Shown here: in pieces, positions 39,872 through 51,790 of the stretch
Layout of the letters: each line of letters begins with the position of its first letter
How positions within the stretch are numbered: position 1 is the first letter of the stretch
Assembly (NCBI RefSeq): GCF_008831285.2
Contig: NC_045138.2
Location: 31,682,001 to 31,746,000, forward strand
Reading direction: 5' to 3'
From: Nymphaea colorata
Lineage: Eukaryota
DNA length: 64,000 nt
Notes under the pieces: generated by a model
Seen by the model: only the letters and a program-made list of their open reading frames with translations
Database searches by the model: none
Told to the model about the DNA's origin: nothing
Position numbers and translations under genes: made by a program

Positions 39872-40579
39872 TTAAATCCATTAAAGAGAGCAATGTCAGA
39901 ATCAAAATTTTCAAGTAAAAATGTGTAAGGAGAGTGAGAAAGTGATTACTGAAAATACTTGTTTTCCTGACTGGTTTAGTTGATCCTGTGGTTGGACCTA
40001 GTGAAATAGCTACTGTTGCTTATTTGTGGTCAGGGATCCTAGTCCAGTAGTTGATAGCTGATCAAAGATTGCTTTTTGTTGGGCCTGATGAGAAATTCTG
40101 TGAATGTGCATGCCATCTATACTGAGTGTAAAATCAGCCACTACCAATTGGTAAGGTTACCTATAGTGCTACTGTTTCCTCCTGTTATTTAGTCATTAAC
40201 GTGCATCCAGTCACACCTTGTTGCCACATCTATTTCATCCTTGATAGAACCAGATCCAGTTTAATGCATGAAATTTTTTCAATGTACTTTTAGGAGGATG
40301 ATAAAGATAAAGAGTAGACATGAGGGGAACATGGAGCAGCATACAGTAAGCAAGCTGATTGGTTTACCCCCAAAATACGTGGGCTTTGGTGAGGGTGGCA
40401 CTTTGATAGAAGATGTTAGAAGGTGACCATAATTTCTGTAATATTTCTTCATGAAACATCTGGATGTATTTAGTATTCCGTTGCAAGCGTTTGATGAGGG
40501 TTAGCTGACCGATTCTCACATATGTTTAGCACCAGCAATGTCATTAATTTTTGTCCCAGGGTGATAATAAACCTCCCTG

Positions 40580-40581
<2 letters not shown>

Positions 40582-40650
<69 letters not shown>
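40582..40650. repeat. Compound (AT)n(AG)n microsatellite
   Basis: Directly visible. Confidence 0.95.
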
Positions 40651-40658
<8 letters not shown>

Positions 40659-41716
40659 AGTTTCATTAATAATTAGAGACAATTAGTTACGCGGAAGGTG
40701 TTTTTTGCCATCTGAAGATTCACACTTCATCAAGCATCAATTAATGTCATCCTTCACATTCACTCACGATGCATGTGAACATGAAAGGGGGCAATTTGAA
40801 AGAGAAAAAACCCCACATGCTAAAGATTGGATGGTTAAAAGTGAAGCGGGTTCTGAAAGCATCCTCCAAACCTTGTTAATTGTATTGAATTTTCCTCACA
40901 TCTAAGGTGGTCTGTGGAAGACCAGGTACTTCGAGCAAAACAACAGACTCAGCGTTTGCTGCAATCAGTTCAATTTCAAGGAAAACTAGTCCTAATGCTC
41001 TATGAACATGTCCTTTGAAAAGATTCACAGACACTTACAAGATGTTTCTACTGTTGGAAAAACCCCCAGCAACTTTCCTGGGGTTCATGTGAACCACCAG
41101 ATCCTGCCTCCACCTTGCAGCCATATTCAAAACCTTGTTATTCAAAATTGAACATAAGAAAACGTTACCTGTGCCTCCTCAACAGGATGGAAAACACCCA
41201 CTTCATCTATCCTATTGACTCCATCCTCAAATATGCTTTTAAATTCTTCTTAACTAGAGCTTTAATAGCCAAACATGAGTTTTAAGTCACTTTCTTCTAA
41301 AATCATGGAAGTAAAGTTGTTGCGTCCACCTTTATAAATGGGTACAAATCCCGTATAACATTGTATTGGATAGCATGTGAGAGATCGGAAGGTTTTTGGG
41401 ATTCACCCCAAGGATTTAACAGAAACGTTTGACTTATTATCATGATAGATGGTTAAAAAGAATAAAAAAAAAGTGGTAGACGTTTTTGCCATTTAGTATT
41501 ATTAGTTTAGACTTTTTTATTTTTTATTCTCAATCATTCATCTGTATCAAATAAACAACGTTTAAAATTAGTCTTTGGATAGCGAGAGCTCTCATACATT
41601 CTAACTCTGAAATAAAATGGTGATTGTTGTTTTTCAGAGTTACCTTGATATCTAACTAGATGGTGAACCGTGAAGAGAAAAATAACAAGTATATATATAT
41701 AAATAATTTTATTATC

Positions 41717-42820
41717 TTAACTTTTCCACATATGAGTCTCTGCACCCATCTTCAGCTTACAGACTTCCTCTCCTCTGTTGGCGCAAGATTTAACGAAACA
41801 GAGGAGTCTCTCCGCGCGCTTCTTCTGGACGGCCGGGTTGCCAAACATGTCGTCTCTCAACTCGGCCGCCCTCTCCCTCACGCCCGGCCCTTCCTCGTCT
41901 ACCTGCGCCAACCGCACCGCCCTGCACACTCCTTGATTGGTGATGGAACCATCCTCATTCCTCAGATTCCTCTCAATTTCCACGCTCGCCTGCAATCAGA
42001 CGCTCCACAAGCCCCTGGTCGACCTGCATCGGCAAGTGGATGAGCACTTCCCGAACGTCAGGCTCTCGATGACGGAGCTCAAGCCGCTGTACGACACGAA
42101 GCCCCGGACCCGCCGAATGCGCCAGTATCTGCTTCGGCAACAGCCACCCGTCGTATACAACCTCGCGTTAGTCACCCGATTGAGCAGACTCTCCGGCAGA
42201 TAGCCCATCAGGTTCTTCCCCTGCCCGCGCAATGCCTTCGAAGTGAGTAGTGCCCAGAATAAGGGCAGGCCGGAAATCTCCAGCCCGAGCCCCACCTCCT
42301 GTATCTGGTTCTTATTTAGCACGCACTCGCTCCCAAAGGAGACGTACACTGGTGGCGCAAGAAAGCGGCCGCGCAGCCAGGCGCACCATGGCTCTGCCTG
42401 AGCGGACTCCTGGTTTAGCGGCAGCGGCGGAGGCGGCGAGGGAGGGAGGACGCCCACTGGGACGACCTGCTTCTAGGACGCCTCCTCGAGGTAACGGAGC
42501 TACGGCGCTTCCAATACTGAACGAAGTCGAAGATGATGAGGTCGACCTTCCCCATTGCAATGAGCAGGTCCTGGAAGGGCTGCTGCGGCCTATCGATGGC
42601 CTGCTTCAGAAACGGGACCTGCTCGGCCGTGGTCTCTGCGCCATCGGGGAGGCCCTGCGTGGGTGGCAGTGGAGGAAGTTGCACGAACGAGAGGCGGCCG
42701 GGCGGAACGGGCGGCAGGCGGCCGACGTCGGCAGGAGTCGAGAAGAAGGCGACTCACGCCGCGGCTGCTCAGCAGCTTGGCCAGCTCCAAGTTTTCGAAC
42801 TCAATTGGAAACAACATGGG
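41717..42820 (-). pseudogene. UDP-glycosyltransferase (family 1 GT, UGT91/UGT94-like) pseudogene
   Basis: Fragments in several frames: LELAKLLSSRG, GLPDGAETT, DLIIFDFVQYW, VYVSFGSECVL...GLGLEISGLPLFWAL. The PSPG box is split by frameshifts (WLLPKQILAHSA / VRGFVSYSGLSSVIESLTFG / LPMQVDQGL). C-terminal RNEDGSIT..GV.RAVRL...EEG..VRERAAELR. The N-terminal catalytic His motif is absent and the middle appears deleted. Confidence 0.85.
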
Positions 42821-43979
42821 TGCGATTACTTTTGCTGAAAAGGCATTCATGATTGAGATATTGACAACTAAAACGCGGTTGCATTCGTGAGCGAAGATCA
42901 TGCATCAATATTTCAACTTTTCTTAAATCCAAGACGATAAGACAAATGTGCATAATTTATGCACAACTCTTTACTTACTTGATAAGGAAGGCACTAGGCA
43001 ATCACGGTTCCGAACTTTTATTTTCTTAAAAGAGAAAAAAAAAACGCACTGAAACAGACAAGTTATGGAGGGGCCATATGGAATTTAAAAAGTTATCATT
43101 ATTCTAAAGTTAAAAAGAAAATTTACTAATCATACTTTTCAAAGAATTAATTCTCATAGTTTAAAGACAAAATCTTTGTCACCCTTTTTTTACAATGTTT
43201 AATGTTTAGAAGGCGGACAGGAAAAAAAAAAAACTAATGTTAAAATAGGTTTGTTTGATTGCGTCGGATTTTAAATTTGAAGCTGATCTAAGATCGCTTT
43301 ATGTGGAACTCATTATGGTTGTGTTTGTTTCACCACAGATTTAATATCTGCGGGCCTATGATTTCAGATTCATGAATTTAAAAAATCGAACCATAAATTC
43401 ATGATTTTTAACATGTAGCATGGACTGCTGATCTCCTCCCAAAATAAACCTTTTTATGCAGCTTCAGATCTAAGGTCCAAGGGATGTATGATAGCCTCGG
43501 ATTTTAGATCCAAGGCTGATCTGAAATCCATGCTACCCGACACTTCTTTGCCAAGTTCTGCCTTCTTCATCAGATCTAAATATTGCAGAAATATTATGCT
43601 CATTCTGAAGAGGGAAAGTGCAGTCAAACGTAGCCAATTTAGACCCATTAAAGACTCTGCAATTTCACTTACAGTGGATTTAATGATGTTGGTTTTGAAG
43701 TGAATCAAAAGCCTTTTTCAAGGTGGATACGAGACTATATTATCCGTGCCCATGAATCTGCTAACTCAATATCAGCCACCCAAAATAATAATGTTGTATT
43801 TGAAACCGATCAATTGAAAGCCCACAATCGTGTAGACTGAAAATTTGTTGAAAATTAAATCAGTGTAAAGTTTGGAGTTGATTGCTATTATGTCTAATTG
43901 ATCAATCTTTTAGCATGGTGGTTAATGCAGAAGCCGAAGAATAAATAGTTCAAGAGTAGTAGTCCAACGGGTTTGGCAC

Positions 43980-44150
43980 CAGCGGCGTAGCCGGATGTGT
44001 GGGCAATTGCCCACACGAGCTCGCATAAATTGATTATTTGCTTATTAATTTCTCATAGATGTTCTACTTATTAACACATTTCTTGCCCCTCAAAAGTTTT
44101 AATTGAAGCATTAGTGCTCCTTAACTAGAAATTTACGGCTCGGATGTTTG
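43980..44150. mobile_element. hAT-type MITE (CAGCGGCGTAGC end) with a 20-bp perfect palindrome
   Basis: Left end cagcggcgtagcc. Palindrome gtgtgggcaattgcccacac at 43997-44016. Confidence 0.6.
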
Positions 44151-44293
44151 AATTCTATAGCTGTTAATCCTCTATATGCATGCAAGCTGAATCATATATA
44201 GGCCCTTGAATCATACTAGCTTCGGAGTTTTATGTTATTGAGCAAACAAAAAAATTTCTAAGGTTGAGTGTAGATTCCTGCATGTGTAACTTA

Positions 44294-44417
44294 GGGTGTG
44301 TTTGATAGCCTTGGATCTCAAAACCGAGGTTGGATTTCAACGTGAAATCCATGATTTCAGCAAATGCTGGATCTCACAACCATGGATTTAGACGATCCGA
44401 GGCTATCAAACGCTACC
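44294..44417. mobile_element. Tourist-like MITE
   Basis: TIRs gggtgtgtttgatagcc ... ggctatcaaacgctacc, flanked by tta/ata. Confidence 0.7.
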
Positions 44418-44419
44418 AT

Positions 44420-46545
44420 AAGAACAAAAGAGAAAGAGAAAGAAAAATGGTGGCAAAGTTGAAGTCTTATAATGTTAAAGGATCGGATTAGTTACTACAT
44501 CCAGTTTATCTAATGTTAACATTTTTGTATTCGAATATGAATCAAGAAGACTCTAGTGAACTACATCTGAATTTGAACTCGAATTCACAATCTGAGTTTG
44601 ATCGAAACTCACCTTTAAACTTGCAACCGGATCCCAGTGTGACATTCAAGCTGCATCCAAACCACATGACAGCATGTTAAGAACCGACTTTGGATCGACA
44701 TTTGATGTAAGATAGTTCATTTAGCATAAATCTGATTACGAATATAATTGCATATTTATTTAAATCTGAATCTCAATTGAATGTGATCAGATGTCATTTC
44801 TTAAATCCGTGTCCAATCCAATTTCTTCATCGGATGTATAATAACATGTGGGGAGGGGAGATAACTGTTTCGATGATTGGATTCTATGTAATCAGATTCA
44901 GATTTAAACCCCTTCTTTAAAATTGAATTCGTGTCAGACTAATACAAGATCCAACATTCATATATAAATTGGGTTAGATCTTTATTGGTTTTCTGTCGCA
45001 TATTGATCAGATTCAGTTGTTAGTCTGCATACTGGATCCCAATCCCATCGGATTTAGATTTCTTTACAAGATCCAACAAAAAAAATATATTCCAAACCAA
45101 ATCAGCACTCAGATGTATCGCTTTCTTCTACACCTACTCTTTTTAATGCAAAGGCCGAAGGTGCATACAATATAATAAGCATTAATCAACTTAACACAGC
45201 TAGCATTGCAAATGGGCCGGTCCAGGAAAACTGGATCCGTGAAAAGTTTTGGATTTGGGTCCCAGTGTTGGATCGTAATCCATTTGCGTCCCTGGCTTCA
45301 TGATGCAAATATAAAAAGATCTTACCTGTTATTAGCAGGAAAAAAAAAGATTGAGAAAAAACAATGGCTTGGCAGGACAAGTCAAGTCAGGTCGTGATCG
45401 ACTCGAACTCAATTTGTTTATAAATGAGTCGAACTCAAGTTCAAAAATTTGCTTGTAATGTTGAGTGAGTCAAGTTCAAGTTGTAAGAACTCGACTATTT
45501 TAAACTCAACTTGGCTCGACTACACAATGAATATTGAATTACAATGAGAAAATCATTAAATGGGTAGCAACTAAACAAGTTAAAACAAGTCGAGTTTGAG
45601 CTCAACTAGATTCCAATCTCGAGTTTTCTAAGGCAAGCTCGAGCTGGCCCAACTCGTTCTCAACTCAGCTTATGTGCAGCCCTTGCAAGAGGGAATGGAC
45701 CTTGATCCGAATCCAAATTCCATGCAATATGTTTGAGGTCACGGACATTTCTGGATCTGGTTTTCTAATTCTATACCAATTTGTAAAAATAAATAAAAAC
45801 ACACAAAAAAAAAATTGCTTTGGGATTCTATCCATATCCAGGAAGAGAATTGTTGAAGATAAGTAATGGATCAGGAAAGATATGTAGATGTCTTCCATGG
45901 GACCCAAAACAAACACCGTTCAACCACAGCCCAGGGATTTCAAATCCGGGTCCACACCAAGGATATAATTGGATACGGGTCAGTGCTTAAGACTAGCTAG
46001 TAAAGTCTGTCGGTTGGATCCGGTTGTGGTCCAGGTGGACCCTATCCAAAGTATGCTAACCGATTCTTTACTTTGTTAATACGCCGCAATTTATCGGTAC
46101 TCAACAAATATATCGTAGCCAATGAAGATCTTATATTTTAAATGAGAAAAGGTTTTGTTTTCTTTGTTGGCGTATTTTTAAAAGCTTAAGTTTTGTGCCA
46201 AAATTTTCCCGATAAGATCCCGAGAAATTCACGGCCTAGTGAGTTTCGCTCCAGAAACTTGTATAAATGGACTGGCATCCGGATATGAAGCGGTCGATGT
46301 CCAACTTCGACATTTCTTGGACCTGATAGGATCCGGATTGTGCCAGATTTACATGGCTAGATCCAATACCATATTATGGATTCACCATAATAAAATACTT
46401 GATAAAGGTTCATAAGAAGGCTTGGGTGCTATGGATATGACCGATCCGGTTGTGCTTGATAAAGATTCATCCATGGAGATGGTACCAGATCCAGACACAT
46501 TCTATGTCCATATCGAAGCCAAAAAAGTCTTCATATTTTGGTCCC
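44420..46545. mobile_element. Cluster of degenerate non-autonomous DNA elements (GGATCCG/ATCCGA-rich), with a GAGCTCGAG-family MITE at ~45371-45684
   Basis: Dense ggat/atcc motif repeats without coding potential. The embedded MITE ends gtgcagccct, like 10374-10744. Boundaries are approximate. Confidence 0.4.
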
Positions 46546-46656
46546 AACTCAAGTGTCTCAGGATGATGATACCACTATATGCTTTAACTATCATATCAGT
46601 ATTTGTTGTTTTAGTATGTGTTGTTTTGCAGTACAAATGGTTGACGTCATCGGAGT

Positions 46657-47183
46657 TAGGATTGTACAACGAATCGAGCTACCTTGGGCTTGACTCGATC
46701 TCGCTCGCATAAACTCGCATCAATCTCGTTTCGTTTATTAAATAAGTCGAGTTCGAGCTCGAGTTAAAACTCAAGTTATAAATGAGTTGAGTTTGAGTTA
46801 CACGAGCTCGACTCGTTTAACATGACTCGGTTCGTTTGTTTTTTTTATTTCTCATGTTATGTCTTTTGATTCTCTCCCTCTCGTCTGTCCCTCCCTCCCT
46901 TCCTCTCTTTGTCTCTCTCCCTCCCTCTCATTCTACTTTTTTTCTGTCTTCTTCTTCCTCCCACCTCCTCTTTCTATCGTTTTTTTCTCATAACATAAAG
47001 AAAATGAGAATCATTTTCGCTGACGAGCTTAAACAAGTTGAGCTCTAGCTCACACTCAGTTAACCGAATCGAGTTCGAGCTTGCCTCATAAAGCTTGGCT
47101 CCAGCTTGAGCCGAGCAATATGTGAGTCAAGCCGAGTTCGAGCTAGCTTAGCTCGAGCTCGATTCGCTCGCTGAACATTCTTA
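46657..47183. mobile_element. MITE of the GAGCTCGAG-rich family with a CT-rich core
   Basis: Ends taggattgtacaacga ... tcgctgaacattctta. Many gagctcgag/gagtcgag motifs. Confidence 0.65.
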
Positions 47184-48316
47184 ACATTAGTTCAAAACAG
47201 AGACTTGTTGCCTACCAGCTCCTGTGATCATATGTGATCCTTCTTTGGATCCATGGCAACATCTTTTCAACTAGTTAGGCCAACAGCTGGTACAAGGTCA
47301 GTCATTGGTTTGATTGATCAACCCTATACATAAGTCAAAATAAGTATAGGTCTCGGAAATGAAGGGTGCTAACCTAGGTTTTATGCCGCCAAGTAAGTGA
47401 CAAAGTCTCTCGGTCTCGGTGCAGTTTCTTCAAGTAAAAAAAAAAAAAAAATGAAAAGTTGTTCTTGTCACAGAAGTCAACATTATAGTTTAGTTCATTC
47501 GGTTTACAACCTGAATTATAAACTATGCGGAACATATGACAAATTAATTACAAGTATTTTTATAATGTAATTGTTACATGTTCTCATATCAAAAGTTGTA
47601 AGATTATTTACCCTCAACTGTTAATAGAAGTGGTCTTTTAGCATGAATGGAATATATATTGCCGTCAGCCTGTTTCTTATTGATTTCCACATATGTTCTA
47701 ACTCAAAGACTCATATGCGACATAAGAAGTTGTCAAAATATGCATCAAAGAGTTCTCTCTGATTAATTGAAATAGAAGCTTTTTTTTTGTTATGATTAGC
47801 AATGAAAAGGTATCAAAATGGTTTTCATGTGCTTTTTTTCTACATTTGGCATTATTTGATACATAAATATTTTGTTATAACAGGTGTTTCCTGATCGATC
47901 CTACCTTGCTTCTTACTTATATATTGTTCTGGTTCTTGTTTGCCGATTTATATATATATATATATAACCTCACAAGAATGGGACTATGACCAGCATGTTT
48001 CACCACAGGATCACCAAAAGATTCCAAGTGCGGTTATTGAGTGCATAAAACAGGTTTAGGTTTAATCTAACAAGTAAAATATCAATATGATGTATAAAAT
48101 AAAATGCTAATACAGGGGTAGAATAAAAAAAATTTCATGAAGAGAGTCGAATTAAAGTTTTTAAATTTTGGTATTGGTCAAAATATTATTTTTTTTAAAT
48201 TTTTATATAAGACAAGTAATTTTTTTAAAAAAGTTATATATATATATATATTTTTTAAAAAAAATTGAGGTAGAGTCGAAACCCATGCCGCCCTCCTTGC
48301 CTCCACCCATGCATCC

Positions 48317-48319
<3 letters not shown>

Positions 48320-48376
<57 letters not shown>
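48320..48376. repeat. (AT)n microsatellite
   Basis: Directly visible. Others at ~13245-13272, 19797-19841 and 22284-22310. Confidence 0.95.
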
Positions 48377-48380
<4 letters not shown>

Positions 48381-50744
48381 GCTACTCAACCAACACGAGG
48401 TTGAGTAATGGAGATTATGTAATGTAGCTTGGACTGCACGGAAGGGGATGATTGTAATGTATTTTCTTGGGGAACATGGGGGAGTAGGAGCAAATCAGAT
48501 GTTAATCGTGCAAAAAATATATTTAAAATCTTCGTCGTTTTCTTGGTTTTGGATATTTAAAACTTGAACATCAATATTGCACCTCTTTTGTGGCCATTAT
48601 TGATGGGAAAGGGTTACGAGGGGCGAATCCGGTACAGCGGGTTTGGCTTGAGATCACTAAGCCGGCGCTGGCGGTGAGGCTACAACTACAAGGTTCTATG
48701 TTTGTGAGGAATGCAACTAAGTTTTGTCGCAAATTTTAGGTGATTGGGATTTCTTACCGCTTTGTAGAACCCCGAAGCTTTCACTTTACTTCTTATTCCT
48801 TCAGGGTTTCGAGCTTTCAGCTTAAATGTCCATGGTTATTTCTTTTTCAGCACAAAAAGTTGATGCCACAGATATTTAAAACGAAATTACTCCACCCATT
48901 GCACCAATATCCTTATAAATTCATGTCTCATATTCAGTTTTGAAAAAAAAAAGCACAGGTAAATGGTATCAACTGTTTTTTAAAATGTCGATTTTTTTTT
49001 TAAATGTGATTTTGGGTGTTTTTCTTATAAAAGGAAGTTGCTTTGAGGTTTTCACTGCTCTTCGACTCCATTGTAAATAAAATCAAGCAACAACATTTCT
49101 TCCTATTAAGAGCATAGTATAGCTGATTGGTTGGTAGGTTGGGTTTGTTTCATGTGAATGTTAATTTTTAAGATTACACAGCGCAACAATCAACACTTTA
49201 GTTGATGGGTGTAGTATAGTCTCTTAAACCTCAAAAAGAGAAGTAGCTTTTGCTACCCTTTTCTTTTTCATTGTTGGGTGTCATCGAAATTGGCCGGAAT
49301 AAAGCTCGGACAATGGTTTTGATTTTATTGTCAATTCAAGAGGACCATGTGTCAAGTGTTGTTTAATTTTTTAATGTATTTTCATTTTTTAATTATCTTA
49401 ATGCATTTTATTTACTCTTTCCAAAATGACCTTTTTTAATAGTTGTTGCCATTCACAACAGAACCGGTGAATCGGCTTATTCATCGATTCGGCAGTCTCA
49501 CCGACTCGGTTCCTTTAAACCGATTTTATTAATACTGGTGTCTTTTAACTGGGAAAAGTAAACGACTAGGTGGCGTTACTTGAATGGCTCTAATTAAAGA
49601 GCTGCGCTTTCTGGAGACGGTGAAAAGTCGGAGGCAATCCAATCCAATGCACTACTTTGCCTTTATAAAAATCATCACGCCTTTTAATTAAGTGTAGCCT
49701 TTAAACTTGACATGACTTTTTTTCCTCATAAACTGCTGGCGGATTGGTTTTCGTTAAGATTTTTAGAGGAAATACAAAAAAAAAAACTAAGGATGTTGGG
49801 GGATGCATTTCAAAACCCATCGTAGATCTGAATCAAATCACAGAGCATTTGATTGTTCGTTGTTTAAAAAAAATCTTAGGATTTGAAAACTATAGATTAA
49901 AAACAGGGCTCTTCCTATTTTGATCTTAAATTCAACATTTTTTAATGTAAAAGAAAAAAGTAAATAAGGACTTCTAATATGGATCTTAGGTTTACATGAA
50001 CTATGGATACCATGGCATCACAAAAGCATGACATATCAAATCTATGAATTTTAAATGAAATATTCAAATTGCCTCAAAAGACAGTGTAGTTGGTAGGGTT
50101 ATGTTCTTGTTTAAGGTGGGTCTTCAATTTGATTTTTGTGGGCACTATGTCTTTTGAATCGGCGTTAATATCAATTATAAACCCTTACCATATTAGATGT
50201 GTCCATAACAACCGATTTAATCAATATGAAAACATCCAAGACTAGTTCCCATCTAAATTTAAAAGGTTTAATATTTATTCCACATTTTAACTTCTCCTTG
50301 GCACGTGAAAAATGTAAATGTAGTGAAGCATCCTAAAAGCCAAAAGGAAGGTTCAAAGGGTTCGATAAGGCAATCGTATCGGCCGATACGTATAGTATCG
50401 GCTTATGTGCAGTTTGAATCAGCCAAATGCATGCAGTCAATTCTATCGACCAATTTCATAAAAAACGGTTTCTAAATGCCACTAAGTTTATTGGCATTCA
50501 TTAATTTAAGCCCATTTTTGAAAAACTATTATTGAATCATATATAAATAAAAATAAACACTAAAAAATTGATTTTTTTTTTTAAATTTATGAAAACCGAA
50601 TCACGTCTTTAACGTATCGTTTAGTAAAACTATACCGGTTGGGAACCTGCTAGGAACTCACTGGCGAACGAAGTCGGCGGTATTCAAGCCGAGCCGAAGC
50701 TGCTGGGCGCTGGTTCTGGACCCTAAGCATGGCGAAGTGGCGGC

Positions 50745-51790
50745 TATAAATGCCTCAATCACGTTGCAGGAAGCCTTCTATCCTTCTCCTTTCTTCGAAA
50801 GAGAGAGCTAGAAAGTTATCTCCTCGGAGCAATCTGCTAGGGTTTTACTTCTTCCCTTTGAGTTTCGTGTTTCCCTTCCCTTCTTCTTCTCTCCTTCTTC
50901 CTCGTTTCTTTGAAACTCTTATCGATCCGGTCGCTGGAAATCTCAACCCCAATATCATCTGCCACTCGTTGCGATCGACATTTTTCTCATTTTACTTCTC
51001 GCGTCGCCGGTAAATTCGCCGACTCGACGTCGCTTACGAAAGTCTTATATCGACGGAAACCTTGGTTGTGGGAATCGGGGAATCCGCGCCTCTCTTTGCC
51101 CCCCCCTTTCCGCCGTTCGTTGGGTCGCCGCTGGTTTTCCACACCTGAAGCCCGTGAGTTTCTTGCACTTGAAGCGTGGCAACCCTAATTTTAGCGAATT
51201 CCCGGAATCCTCGTGATCTTTAACGACAGTTTCTAGTTTTCTCTTTTCTTTCTTGGCGTTGCCGGATTGGGAATTCCGGTTGCTTTTACGTTCAGGCTTT
51301 CTCTCACATTTTTGCGGACAAGGGAGGGATTCTAGCTTACGTAAGAGTCGATTTCTGATCTGAAGTTCAGTTGCGGGAGAGGTTGGAACCTTGGCGTGCT
51401 CGTTTTGAAGGATTGAGGAGCGTAACCGTCACCTTTTTTCGGTTTTTGATTGTCTAGAGCCTTCGTCTTTGATTGGATCATCGGCTTTGAGAAATTTGAG
51501 AAGTTTAGGTGCCGCGGCGTTGAAGAAGATTCCGAGGGGATCAAATAGACTCCCATCCATTTGAATTTTAGCCTGCTTGAAGATCGGAGGAGGGATTGGC
51601 CGTATTTCTGGCGTATAGAAGGGAATCCAGTTCGCAGATTTTGCTGAGGCCTTCTTTTTCCTGAAACTGTCGCCCTTTGTAGAATTAAGGTTCGTTTTTC
51701 GGACTTGGGTTTTCAGAGATCCTAGTTTCTTACAAGGTCTAGACGTGGCTTTCTATCCGGAGCTTGAATTCTGGTGTAGCTTCCGTTAGA
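50745..51790 (+). promoter_or_regulatory. TATA box, CT-rich leader, telo-boxes and probable 5'UTR intron of the 51791 gene
   Basis: ctataaat at ~50744-50751, tagggttt at ~50838, aaccctaa at 51181, candidate donor CCG|GTAAAT (~51009) and acceptor TTTCAG (~51716). Confidence 0.5.

Noticed and set aside
40900..41250. Exon-like minus-strand segments (…DEVGVFHPVEEAQ / VLNMAARWRQDL…)
   Set aside because: The joining intron would be only 35 nt, and flanking frames hit stops.
41660..42890. Plus-strand ORFs up to 200 aa
   Set aside because: Antisense shadows of the GC-rich UGT pseudogene.
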